The position numbers and the translations under genes are program-made. This document shows positions 1-8,985 of a stretch of DNA of 64,000 nt, piece after piece (position 1 is the stretch's first letter; every line of letters begins with the position of its first letter). Under the pieces are notes generated by a model, which was not told the DNA's origin, did no database searches, and saw nothing but the letters and a program-made list of their open reading frames with translations. This DNA comes from an uncultured Bacteroidota bacterium (GTDB lineage: Bacteria > Bacteroidota > Bacteroidia > Flavobacteriales > Flavobacteriaceae): positions 19,531 through 83,530 of the forward strand of contig CACHNE010000002.1 in the NCBI GenBank assembly GCA_902581145.1, read 5' to 3'.

Positions 1-174
1 ATGTTGGCTTAATGAAAGCTTCAGAGCTTTTTTTGCTAATGTAAGTTTTCCGGTATCTAAATAATATGAAATGATGTTTTCGAACTCTAGAGAGTCAAAG
101 AAAAGAACAGAATTTTCTTTAACCATTTTTTCAAACCTACTTATTGAAAAATTTATGTCATTAACATTATCCAT
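1..174 (-). CDS. tetratricopeptide-repeat protein, N-terminal 58 codons only (gene continues off the left edge)
   Basis: ATG at 174..172, open to position 1. Translation: MDNVNDINFSISRFEKMVKENSVLFFDSLEFENIISYYLDTGKLTLAKKALKLSLSQH. Not in the track (<60 aa). From memory it resembles N-termini of flavobacterial TPR proteins. Confidence 0.5.
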   Translation of the reverse strand, partial: MDNVNDINFSISRFEKMVKENSVLFFDSLEFENIISYYLDTGKLTLAKKALKLSLSQH

Positions 175-261
175 CTCAAATCATCTTTTAAATAAAAATA
201 AATATGATTTGTTTTAAAATCAGTCAATGGATTTTAAACTTCTTAACAAACTAATTAACAC

Positions 262-1392
262 TTACTGAATAGAGTCAAGAATATTTAAAATAACATTACA
301 GCCATTCTTAATTTCTTTTTTAGAAATTGTAAGGGGTGGGGTAATTCTTACTGCTCTTTTTTCGATGAGAAGCCAAAAGAGGATTAATCCTTGATTCTTT
401 GCTTCCAAAACTAACTTGTTAGCAATTTCTGCATTAGTCATTATTAAGCAGAGCATTAAACCAACTCCTCTAATTTCTCTAATTAGTTTGTGATTTAATT
501 TTTTTCTGAATATTATTTCTTTTTCTCTTGATTTTTCGGATAGTTTTGTATTTAATACAATTTTTAATGTTTGAAGAGCCGCAGCCGTTATCACGGGGTT
601 ACCTCCAAATGTTGTTATGTGACCTAGGATAGGATTTATGTGTAGACTATCCATTAATTTTTTAGAGCTTGTAAATGCACCAATAGGGATACCGCCACCC
701 AATCCTTTTCCGTAAACAATTACATCTGGAATGCAATCAAAATTTTCAAACCCAAACAATTTACCAGTCCTACCTATACCTGTCTGAATCTCATCTAAAA
801 TTAATAATGCACCAACATCTTCACATTTTTTTTTAACCGCCCCTAAATACCCGTCTCTAGGCAAAATAAAGCCTGCACTTCCTTGAATTGTTTCTAACAC
901 AACACATGAAGTTTGACTATCGATTTTATCAATATCCTCAAATGAATTATAATTGATAAAATCAACCTCAGGAATTAGCGGAGCAAATGGTTTTTTTCTT
1001 TCCTCTAGACCCATTAAAGTAAGAGCACCCATAGTACTTCCATGATATGCATTTTTTGCAGCAATAATTTTTTTTCTTCCAGTAAATCTTCTTGCTAATT
1101 TCATCGACCCCTCTAATGCTTCTGTACCTGAATTAGTAAAGTATGTACAGTTAAGGCTATTAGGGAGGTTCTTGGCTAATAATTTTGCTAATTCTAAAGA
1201 AGGTTTTGTAACAAATTCACCGTATACCATTACATGCATATACATCTCAGATTGATCTTTAATGGCATTTATAACTTCTTTATTACAATGTCCAACACTG
1301 CAAGCGGAAACTCCAGCAACAAAGTCTAAGTATCTTTTATTTTTGTGGTCATATATATAGCTACCCTTTGCCTTTGAAACCTCAATCATCAA
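262..1392 (-). CDS. class-III (acetylornithine/ornithine-type) PLP-dependent aminotransferase; the true N-terminus may lie upstream, up to about 1440 (see findings)
   Basis: 376-aa ORF. Aminotran_3 hallmarks: GVSACSVGH, FTNSGTEALEG, LLILDEIQTGIGRTGKLFGFE, TFGGNP. Confidence 0.9.
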   Translation of the reverse strand: MMIEVSKAKGSYIYDHKNKRYLDFVAGVSACSVGHCNKEVINAIKDQSEMYMHVMVYGEFVTKPSLELAKLLAKNLPNSLNCTYFTNSGTEALEGSMKLARRFTGRKKIIAAKNAYHGSTMGALTLMGLEERKKPFAPLIPEVDFINYNSFEDIDKIDSQTSCVVLETIQGSAGFILPRDGYLGAVKKKCEDVGALLILDEIQTGIGRTGKLFGFENFDCIPDVIVYGKGLGGGIPIGAFTSSKKLMDSLHINPILGHITTFGGNPVITAAALQTLKIVLNTKLSEKSREKEIIFRKKLNHKLIREIRGVGLMLCLIMTNAEIANKLVLEAKNQGLILFWLLIEKRAVRITPPLTISKKEIKNGCNVILNILDSIQ

Positions 1393-1446
1393 AGGGAACG
1401 GTGTGGTTTGTGCTTGATATTTTTTAAACTCTGAAATGATAAATTT

Positions 1447-3054
1447 TTATTCTAAACTTTTAATTTTTGTCAATTTGAACTTTTTATCCTCTAAAAATAG
1501 GTCATCAATTGATCTTATAATTTCGTCTTCTCTAAAATAAAACCCTTTAAGTAATTTATCATTTTCATTGAATTCATCTTCTGGATATACCTTTCCGTCA
1601 ATTTGATTTATTTTAGTGAAAGTATCAATATTTTGATCTGAAATAAATATTTTAATCTTAGCTGACTTTGATTTGTCAATGCCAATCAACTCATTTTCTG
1701 AGTTTCTTAAATAGTAAATTGACTCTGCATTTTTTATAATATCTACCTCATTTAATTTTCCGTCAATAAAATTTCCGTTAAGTCTTTTACCCGAAATTTG
1801 ATTAAATCCTAATTCCATGGTGTCCTTTTCAATGATAAATGCATTATTAAAGACAAAAAGGGAATCTATAACTTCATCCTCGTTATTAAATTTAATGTGA
1901 ATAGAATCCCCAGTGATTTGACTTCTATTATTCCATAAAATCGGCTTTTTTGTTTTTCTAGACCTGCTATTGATTATATTTTCTTTATTAATTAATTGGG
2001 CAATTCCTGTCATTTGATTGAAGTGTATTGAATCGCATTTTCCACTAAGATTATTTCTTAAAATTTTACCATTCATAAAAGCCCTAATAATTTGTTCATT
2101 CTCTTTTCCAGTTATTATAATTGATTCACCATGTATGTAGGTTGTATCCCTTTCTTTGAATGACGCAATTAAAGCTCTTTTTTTAATAAACATTGAATCC
2201 ACACTTCTATGAATTTCAGCATAGTGTCCAGTAGTCAAAGTTTTATTTATTGTATCAAGAATTTTAATGTTATTAGTTGCAGATGCATAATTTGTTGATT
2301 TATCAAAGTAAATACTGTCTCCGTTAATCACGTATTCTTCGAAATCAATTTTTGAATTTTTAATAAAGTATCCATTATCATTAGTTGTGTCATAATACCC
2401 GATTTCACAATATATTTTTGAGTCATCGGTGATAATATCAGTAGGTCCTGAAAAATGTGATTTCCCTGTTTCAGTAAAATAGTTCAATATATCTGAGTAA
2501 ATATTATACTTCGGCGTTCTTAAGTCAACATTTTTTTCAAATCGATATTTTTTTTCATTGGCAAAAAAAGTACCCCTATCACTAAATATTGTATCGGTTA
2601 AGGTTCTGATCAATTTACCTTTTTCATTATAAAATGCTTCCTGCTTCTTTCTGTCAAAATATAACGTTTCAGTATAAAGCTCTGACTCTGGTTCATTAAG
2701 AATAACATTTCCGCTAGCAAAAACTAATTTAGTGTCGCCGTTATACTCAAGATAATTGGACTTTAAATCTAGCGTATCTCCTTGTTTTAATGAAACTTCA
2801 CCAAAAGCCTCAATAAAATTTCTTTCTTCGTAAAAAAATGCCTGATTACATGTCATCAATACACCATCATGTGAAATAAGTACTTTTTGTTCTTTATCTC
2901 TTGTTAAGACTGATGCGTCAGGAAATTTATTTTTATCTTTTTCAAAGAATCCGGCTCTTTCAATTTTTATTTTTGTTTTTTCTTGTGCAAAGATTTTTGT
3001 GTAAAAACAAAAAACCAAAAGAATTATAGAAACTAAAAAGAATTTTTTTTTCAC
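1447..3054 (-). CDS. OstA-like (LptD N-terminal-like) exported protein
   Basis: The track ORF starts at TTG 3108 and overlaps purA by 50 nt. In-frame GTG at 3054 gives MKKKFFLVSIILLVFCFYTKIFAQ, a classic signal peptide, and lies 4 nt after the purA stop. The repetitive beta-rich body is typical of the OstA-like family. Confidence 0.7.
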   Translation of the reverse strand: MKKKFFLVSIILLVFCFYTKIFAQEKTKIKIERAGFFEKDKNKFPDASVLTRDKEQKVLISHDGVLMTCNQAFFYEERNFIEAFGEVSLKQGDTLDLKSNYLEYNGDTKLVFASGNVILNEPESELYTETLYFDRKKQEAFYNEKGKLIRTLTDTIFSDRGTFFANEKKYRFEKNVDLRTPKYNIYSDILNYFTETGKSHFSGPTDIITDDSKIYCEIGYYDTTNDNGYFIKNSKIDFEEYVINGDSIYFDKSTNYASATNNIKILDTINKTLTTGHYAEIHRSVDSMFIKKRALIASFKERDTTYIHGESIIITGKENEQIIRAFMNGKILRNNLSGKCDSIHFNQMTGIAQLINKENIINSRSRKTKKPILWNNRSQITGDSIHIKFNNEDEVIDSLFVFNNAFIIEKDTMELGFNQISGKRLNGNFIDGKLNEVDIIKNAESIYYLRNSENELIGIDKSKSAKIKIFISDQNIDTFTKINQIDGKVYPEDEFNENDKLLKGFYFREDEIIRSIDDLFLEDKKFKLTKIKSLE

Positions 3055-3058
3055 CTTA

Positions 3059-4330
3059 CTATCTAAAAAGTGTTTCTTTCCTGTCAGGTCCGACAGAAAC
3101 AATAACAATAGGTATGTTTAATTCTGATTCCAGAAAATCGATATATTTATTCAAACTTTTGGGTAAATTATCTGAAGATTTAAGCTCCCTTAAATCCTCA
3201 GACCATCCCTCAAACTCTTCATAAACTGGTTCAAGAGATTCTTCAGAAAGATTATAGGGTAAATTCTCTATTGTTTCCCCTCTATATTTGTATTTTGTAC
3301 ATACTAGTATTTTATCAAAACCACTTAAAACATCGGTTTTCATCATCATAAGCTTGGTAACTCCGTTAATTCTACAAGCATATTTAAGAGCAACTAAATC
3401 TAACCATCCACACCTTCTTGGTCTTCCGGTTGTAGCCCCAAATTCATTACCAACTTTACTCATTGTTTTGCCATAATCATCAAATAATTCGGTTGGAAAC
3501 GGGCCTGATCCGACTCTTGTTGTATAGGCTTTAAAAATCCCAAAGACATCATTGATAGAGTTTGGGGATATGCCCAAACCTGTACAAGCACCAGCAGCAG
3601 TTGTATTAGAGGATGTTACATATGGATAAGTACCAAAATCAATATCTAAAAGTGAACCCTGAGCTCCTTCAGCAAGAATTGATTTATTTTTGTCCTGTGA
3701 TTCAAATAATAAATTTTCAGAGTCCACAAAATTTATTTTTTTAAGTTTTTCAATAGCCTCAAAAAACTCTGACTCTAAATCTTCCAAACTAAAATCAAGC
3801 TCAACATTATAAAAATCAATCAATTGTTGATGTTTTTTTGATAGATCGTAATACTTAGTTTTCCAGTTTTTACTCTCTAAATCACCAACTCTAAAACCAT
3901 TTCTCCCTGTTTTGTCCATATATGTGGGTCCTATTCCTTTTAGAGTAGAGCCGATTTTATTTTTCCCTTTTGATTTTTCACTGGCTGCATCAAGAAGTCT
4001 GTGTGTAGGAAGAATTAAATGTGCTTTTCTAGAAATGAATAAAGTTTTATTTATATCAACATTTTCCTCTTTGATATTTTCAATTTCTTTATTCAATATT
4101 ACTGGGTCTATTACAACTCCATTTCCTATTAAATTAATTTTGTCATTGTGAAATATTCCTGAAGGAATAGTATGTAATACATATTTCTTATCATTGAAGA
4201 CGAGAGTGTGACCAGCGTTCGGCCCACCCTGAAATCTAGCAATTATATCGTAATTAGATGTTAATACATCAACAATTTTACCTTTTCCTTCATCACCCCA
4301 TTGGAGCCCTAATAATAAGTCTACGGCCAT
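3059..4330 (-). CDS. purA: adenylosuccinate synthase
   Basis: 423 aa. N-terminal LQWGDEGKGKIVD P-loop, GPNAGHT, GNGVVIDP, GIGPTY, GATTGRPRRCGWLD. Confidence 0.97.
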   Translation of the reverse strand: MAVDLLLGLQWGDEGKGKIVDVLTSNYDIIARFQGGPNAGHTLVFNDKKYVLHTIPSGIFHNDKINLIGNGVVIDPVILNKEIENIKEENVDINKTLFISRKAHLILPTHRLLDAASEKSKGKNKIGSTLKGIGPTYMDKTGRNGFRVGDLESKNWKTKYYDLSKKHQQLIDFYNVELDFSLEDLESEFFEAIEKLKKINFVDSENLLFESQDKNKSILAEGAQGSLLDIDFGTYPYVTSSNTTAAGACTGLGISPNSINDVFGIFKAYTTRVGSGPFPTELFDDYGKTMSKVGNEFGATTGRPRRCGWLDLVALKYACRINGVTKLMMMKTDVLSGFDKILVCTKYKYRGETIENLPYNLSEESLEPVYEEFEGWSEDLRELKSSDNLPKSLNKYIDFLESELNIPIVIVSVGPDRKETLFR

Positions 4331-4780
4331 TTATTTTTTTTTATTTTTTTTTCCATAGAAGTACAATGAATGACTATCAATAGTAACATCAAAAACCTCC
4401 TCTATTGTTTGCTTAATTGTATTTATTCTTGGATCACAAAATTCAATTACCTCACCAGAGTTACTAATAATTAGGTGGTCATGTTGATTATTAAAATAAC
4501 ACTTTTCATATGATGCTTGATGGTCATTTGAAAACTGATGTTTGCGAACTAAAGAACATTCAAGTAGAAGTTCTATAGTATTATAAAGAGTCGCTCTTGA
4601 AACTCTGTATTTTTTATTCTTCATCTTAACATATAGTGATTCAATATCAAAATGAAATTTAGTCTCATAAACCTCTTTTAAGATTGCATATCTTTCAGGT
4701 GTTTTTCGATAACCTTTTTTTTCTAAAAATTCTGTAAATACATCCTTTACAGTGTTTTGATTATTTATAATATCTGACAT
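4331..4780 (-). CDS. Fur-family transcriptional regulator
   Basis: 149 aa. Winged-helix N-terminus ([26 protein letters not shown]) and metal-site region QHDHLI...EF. Abuts the purA start (4330/4331). Confidence 0.85.
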   Translation of the reverse strand: MSDIINNQNTVKDVFTEFLEKKGYRKTPERYAILKEVYETKFHFDIESLYVKMKNKKYRVSRATLYNTIELLLECSLVRKHQFSNDHQASYEKCYFNNQHDHLIISNSGEVIEFCDPRINTIKQTIEEVFDVTIDSHSLYFYGKKNKKK

Positions 4781-4796
4781 AGTTAATTAAGACTAT

Positions 4797-7016
4797 TTAT
4801 GTTCTTTTGATTTTGTCAATTCCATTCAAAACTTTTAGTTTTTTTATGAGATTATTTACCTCGACATTTGATTTGACGGAAATAATTATATTACCTACAA
4901 ACGTATTTCCAGCTGTTTCAAAATTAAGCCTTTTCATATTAATATTCATATTTTCTGAAATGACTTTTGTTATATTATTTAACAATCCCAATTTATCAAT
5001 TCCTGTAATATTAATTTGAACTGTAAATTTTTCTTGGGATGAATCAATCCATTTTGCTTTTATTATTCTATAGTCATAATTTGATTGCAGGCTTACTGAA
5101 TTAGGGCAATTCTTTTTATGAACTTTAATGCCGTCATTTATTGTTACGAATCCAAACACCTTATCACCAGGAATTGGGTTGCAGCAAGGAGCATTTTTAT
5201 AATCAAGTTTTTCTTCATCATTTCCAAAAACTAGTAAATCATATTTTGAAGTTATTTCATCTTGATTTTTTTCATCAATTTTAACGTCACCATCTCTTGA
5301 AATCTTTTTTCTTATATAGCTTATGAATTTATTACTCCTTGAAGAAACGAATTTTTTTAATTTCTCGTTATCTATGGTATTAATTCCTACTCGGTAAAAT
5401 AGATCCTGACTAGTATTAAGTTTAAAATATTTTTGAAGCTCAGTTATGATACTATCACTAAAATTAATTTTTAAATGCTTTAGTTTTCTTTTAAGTATCT
5501 GTTTACCCTCATCAGCAAGTAGTTTCTTTTCTTCGTTTAATGTGGCCTTAATCTTTGATTTCGCTCTGGCAGTTGTTGCATAGTCTAACCAGTTTGCACT
5601 AGGTTTAATTTTGTCAGAAGTTAAAATTTCAACTCTGTCTCCACTAGATAATTCTTTATTTAAAGGAACCAGTTTTCCATTAACTTTTGCCCCTCTTGTT
5701 TTTAATCCAACCTCAGTATGAATAGCAAACGCAAAATCTAGAGGAGTTGCACCCTTTGGTAGAGATTTTAAATCTCCGGTTGGTGTGAATACAAAAATTT
5801 CTTTTGAATATAAATTCAATTTGAATTGTTCAACAAAATCTACTGCATTTGTTTCAGAGTTTTCAAGTGCTTCTTGTAATTTATTAATCCAAGAATCTAA
5901 ATTGTCATTTGAATCATCTTTTTGTTTGTATTTATAATGAGCTGCATATCCCTTTTCTGCAATTTCATCCATCCTCTCACTTCTGATTTGAACTTCAACC
6001 CATTTGCTTTTAGGACCTACAACAGTTATGTGTAGTGCTTCGTATCCAGTTGATTTTGGTGCTGATATCCAGTCCCTTAATCTCGTTGGATTAGGGGTGA
6101 AATTATCAGTGATTATCGAATATATTTTCCATGCAATAAATTTCTCTTTTTCTGGTTTTGACTTATAAATAATTCTAACGGCAAATTTATCATAGACTTC
6201 CTCAAAAGAAATCCCTTGTCTTATCATTTTATTATTTATTGAGAAGATTGACTTTGTTCTGCCTTTAATATTGTATTTAAGTTTTTCTTTTGTTAATGTT
6301 GAACTAATTATTGAATTAAACTTATCGATATACTCATCTTGGTCTTTTTTACTTTCAATCAGTTTTTTTGATATTTCATCATAAGTTTCTGGATCGGTAT
6401 ATTTTAAACCTAAATCTTCCAATTCTGTTTTAATATTATATAATCCGATTCTGTGTGCAAGTGGAGCATAAATATATAAGGTTTCTGATGCTTTTTGAAT
6501 CTGTTTTTCATAGGGCATACTGCCAAGAGTTTGCATGTTGTGAAGCCTGTCTGCAATCTTAATTATTATCACCCTTACATCTTCATTGAGGGTAAGTAAC
6601 ATTTTTCTGTAGTTTTCGGCCTGAATTGAAACATCAGAGTATCCTTTGGTGTTAAGTTTGCCTATCTTGGTTAAGCCATCAACAATTTTCGCAATTTTAT
6701 CTCCAAATTCTTTTTGGATTCTTTCTAATGTGTGATCATTATTATCTTCGACAACATCATGAATAAGAGCCGAAGCAATTGAAACAGCATCAAGTCCAAT
6801 TTCAGATGCAACAATTTTGGCAACAGCTATAGGGTGGAAAATATAGGCTTCACCTGATTTTCTTCTTTGGTGTTGATGAGCGTCAACAGCATAATCAAAG
6901 GCTTTTCGAATTAATTTTTTATCATCTTTGCTGAGTGACTGGTAACTAATTCTTAAAAGCTCCTTATATTCCTTAGCTAATGCTTTTTTTTCTATTTCGA
7001 TATCATTAATAGGCAT
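4797..7016 (-). CDS. spoT: bifunctional (p)ppGpp synthetase/hydrolase (RelA/SpoT homologue, RSH)
   Basis: 739 aa. HD hydrolase motif (HPIAVA...HDVVED), synthetase motif (GRTKSIFSINNKM, YEALHITV), TGS (FTPTGDLKSLPKGATPLDFAFAIH) and a C-terminal ACT-like domain. Confidence 0.95.
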   Translation of the reverse strand: MPINDIEIEKKALAKEYKELLRISYQSLSKDDKKLIRKAFDYAVDAHQHQRRKSGEAYIFHPIAVAKIVASEIGLDAVSIASALIHDVVEDNNDHTLERIQKEFGDKIAKIVDGLTKIGKLNTKGYSDVSIQAENYRKMLLTLNEDVRVIIIKIADRLHNMQTLGSMPYEKQIQKASETLYIYAPLAHRIGLYNIKTELEDLGLKYTDPETYDEISKKLIESKKDQDEYIDKFNSIISSTLTKEKLKYNIKGRTKSIFSINNKMIRQGISFEEVYDKFAVRIIYKSKPEKEKFIAWKIYSIITDNFTPNPTRLRDWISAPKSTGYEALHITVVGPKSKWVEVQIRSERMDEIAEKGYAAHYKYKQKDDSNDNLDSWINKLQEALENSETNAVDFVEQFKLNLYSKEIFVFTPTGDLKSLPKGATPLDFAFAIHTEVGLKTRGAKVNGKLVPLNKELSSGDRVEILTSDKIKPSANWLDYATTARAKSKIKATLNEEKKLLADEGKQILKRKLKHLKINFSDSIITELQKYFKLNTSQDLFYRVGINTIDNEKLKKFVSSRSNKFISYIRKKISRDGDVKIDEKNQDEITSKYDLLVFGNDEEKLDYKNAPCCNPIPGDKVFGFVTINDGIKVHKKNCPNSVSLQSNYDYRIIKAKWIDSSQEKFTVQINITGIDKLGLLNNITKVISENMNINMKRLNFETAGNTFVGNIIISVKSNVEVNNLIKKLKVLNGIDKIKRT

Positions 7017-7075
7017 ATCTTAAAATTAGCATAAAGAAGGTTAATAGACAATTTCTTTATGTAATATTTAAGAAC

Positions 7076-7864
7076 TTATCTATTAAAGTTATTCTGTCTA
7101 TTTATCTCATATAAAACAATTGCGGTAGAAACAGACACATTTAGCGAATCAATTGATCCGAGCATCGGAATTTTGATTAATTCATCAGATTTTGTGTCCC
7201 AGAATTTTGATATTCCTAAGTTTTCTGACCCTACAACTACAGCGCAGGATTTATTATAATTGATTTTATCAATATTTTTTTTCCCATTTAACGAAGTGGC
7301 ATAAACATTTAAATTGTTTTTCTTTAAAAAATTATATGTGGATTCATAATTATCAATGATTATTTTTTGCGAAAAGATTGTACCTAAACTAGATCTTATA
7401 ACATTTGGGTTATATAAGTCACATTTTTGATTATTAATTATAATGAGATCAACCTTAGCAGCATCACAACTTCTCAAAATTGCACCAATATTTCCAGGTT
7501 TTTCAACTCCGTCAAGAATAATTACAAGATTATTTTTTTTTGATAATAGCTCAATTTTTTCATCTTTCTGTTCCAAAACACCAACAAGCCCTTCGGTTGT
7601 ATTTCTAAAACTTATTTTAGAATATACCTCGTTATTAACCTCAATTATTTCAGATTTAAATTCAGATTGTACAGATTCAAGATTAGCTATATTTGTATTG
7701 CAAAATAACTTTTTAATATTGAAGCCATTTGATTTTGCCATTCTTAGCTCTCTTAAACCTTCGACAACAAATAATTTAGATTCATTTCTTAATCTAGATT
7801 TATTTGTAAGTCGAATTATATTTTTAATTTCTTTATTATCTAAGCTTGTTATTCTTTTACTCAT
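7076..7864 (-). CDS. TrmH/SpoU-family RNA 2'-O-methyltransferase
   Basis: 262 aa. SpoU motifs PGNIGAILRS, VVGSENLGIS, IPMLGSIDSLNVSVSTAIVLYE. Confidence 0.85.
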   Translation of the reverse strand: MSKRITSLDNKEIKNIIRLTNKSRLRNESKLFVVEGLRELRMAKSNGFNIKKLFCNTNIANLESVQSEFKSEIIEVNNEVYSKISFRNTTEGLVGVLEQKDEKIELLSKKNNLVIILDGVEKPGNIGAILRSCDAAKVDLIIINNQKCDLYNPNVIRSSLGTIFSQKIIIDNYESTYNFLKKNNLNVYATSLNGKKNIDKINYNKSCAVVVGSENLGISKFWDTKSDELIKIPMLGSIDSLNVSVSTAIVLYEINRQNNFNR

Positions 7865-8921
7865 TTATTTGATTCTTGAAGTTTAAAATTAAAGAAATAC
7901 TTTCATTATAATTTTTAATACCCGTTTGTATATTATTTTGTTTTAGATATAAATCATAACTTTTTTTCGAAACCTCTTCAATTTTACCATCATATTTTTT
8001 CCAAAAATTATTGATTTCAACATAATCTTTAATTATTCCTTTATTTACTTTTTTTAATAACTCTTGGTACAGATTATAATCTATTTTGGAAAGTTCATTT
8101 AAACATAATCTTAAAGCATAGGAATAACCACAGAATTTATGATAATGATTATCACTATTAATTAGCATTACATATGAAATAAAATTTGCATCTTTTTCAC
8201 TGGCAATCCCAAGCTGATGTGCAATTTCATGATTAATTACAAATGTTAAGCTGGTTGAAGGAATTTTTCGGTTAATATTGGCTTCGTTAGTGAAAGGATT
8301 AATATAACCGCTAAAACCCATGTAGGTCAGAGGTAAGCTAAATAATGATTTTTTTACAGATATTTTTTTATAATTAGACTTTAAAAGTGATTCTTTGAAA
8401 ACACCTTTTAATTTTGCAGTATTTTCTTTTGAAGTTTGAATATTTTTTTCAAAACTATATATGTTTTTTGGTTTAACACTATCATGAATAAACAATAATT
8501 CATGCTTATCATTAATTTTATTTATAAGATTTTCTGTAAAACTCACCAACTCCTTTTTATCAAATTCATTCTTAATATTTAATTTGTCTTTGATAGTAAT
8601 TCTCTTGTAATTAAATCCCCATAGAACGTAAAATAAAAAAGTCAAGATAAAAATAGATGATCCAAGATTAACGATTTTGTTAAAAATGTTATTTCTATCA
8701 CTGATTATGAAATAAATTAAGCTAATACCTAGAAATAAATACAAAATATCTCCCACAGGAAAAACTACCCAACCTGTAATTAATCGTAGTTTTTCTGAGA
8801 TTAGAGGATAAAGTAGATTTGAATAATATTTTTCAAAAACTATATTGCTTGGTTTTAAATAGTTAATTATTATTAAAAAGGGTACTAAACCTATAGTCAA
8901 TGAAAACTTTAATTTTTTCAT
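7857..8921 (-). CDS. DUF3810-family membrane protein with HExxH zinc-metallopeptidase-like motif
   Basis: 354 aa. N-terminal TM helices; VINHEIAHQLG motif. Overlaps the trmH-like start by 8 nt. Confidence 0.7.
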   Translation of the reverse strand: MKKLKFSLTIGLVPFLIIINYLKPSNIVFEKYYSNLLYPLISEKLRLITGWVVFPVGDILYLFLGISLIYFIISDRNNIFNKIVNLGSSIFILTFLFYVLWGFNYKRITIKDKLNIKNEFDKKELVSFTENLINKINDKHELLFIHDSVKPKNIYSFEKNIQTSKENTAKLKGVFKESLLKSNYKKISVKKSLFSLPLTYMGFSGYINPFTNEANINRKIPSTSLTFVINHEIAHQLGIASEKDANFISYVMLINSDNHYHKFCGYSYALRLCLNELSKIDYNLYQELLKKVNKGIIKDYVEINNFWKKYDGKIEEVSKKSYDLYLKQNNIQTGIKNYNESISLILNFKNQINE

Positions 8922-8932
8922 ATTTAAAATAT

Positions 8933-8965
8933 ATTAACGAAATTATAAATTTATTATTCGTTAAT
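8933..8965. repeat. 9-bp perfect inverted repeat in the divergent DUF3810 / pepD intergenic region
   Basis: attaacgaa (8933..8941) and ttcgttaat (8957..8965), separated by 15 nt. Confidence 0.5.
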
Positions 8966-8985
8966 TTTATAAAAAATCTGTGAAT

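Noticed and set aside
213-238. 9-bp A/T-rich inverted repeat (tttaaaatc / gattttaaa) downstream of the aminotransferase gene
   Set aside because: It has only one G-C pair and no U-tract on the relevant (minus) strand. Such A/T palindromes are expected by chance at this base composition.
1393-1449. Stop-codon read-through fusing the OstA-like protein to the aminotransferase (same frame, single TAA between them)
   Set aside because: The upstream protein is exported and the downstream protein is a cytoplasmic PLP enzyme. I see no read-through context or recoding signal. Non-canonical initiation, truncation or an assembly error are more economical explanations (see finding).
1447-3108. Apparent 50-nt same-strand overlap between the OstA-like ORF and purA
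   Set aside because: It is an artefact of taking the most upstream TTG. GTG at 3054 yields a canonical signal peptide and sits 4 nt after the purA stop.
3288-4151. Two + strand ORFs (62 and 79 aa) inside purA. The same pattern recurs as short antisense ORFs in the RSH gene, pepD, mutL, mutB, purL, the PGM, ABC and S41 genes, and others
   Set aside because: All lie antisense within strongly supported housekeeping genes and have low-complexity translations. This is generic shadow-ORF behaviour in a ~30% G+C genome.
4331-4350. Homopolymeric T/A tracts at gene ends (for example 4331..4350, 3041..3051, 14701..14710) as possible phase-variation switches
   Set aside because: They encode Lys/Phe runs typical of AT-rich genomes, lie in core genes (the Fur-family gene, the OstA-like gene, recF) and are short (at most 10 nt). 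There are no paired out-of-frame ORFs to suggest switching.
7443-7886. 147-aa ORF on the + strand, the longest unassigned ORF in the track
   Set aside because: It is entirely antisense to the well-supported TrmH-family gene. Its low-complexity S/L/F/I-rich composition is what antisense frames of K/N/E-rich AT-rich genes produce. It has no recognisable motif and no independent intergenic space.
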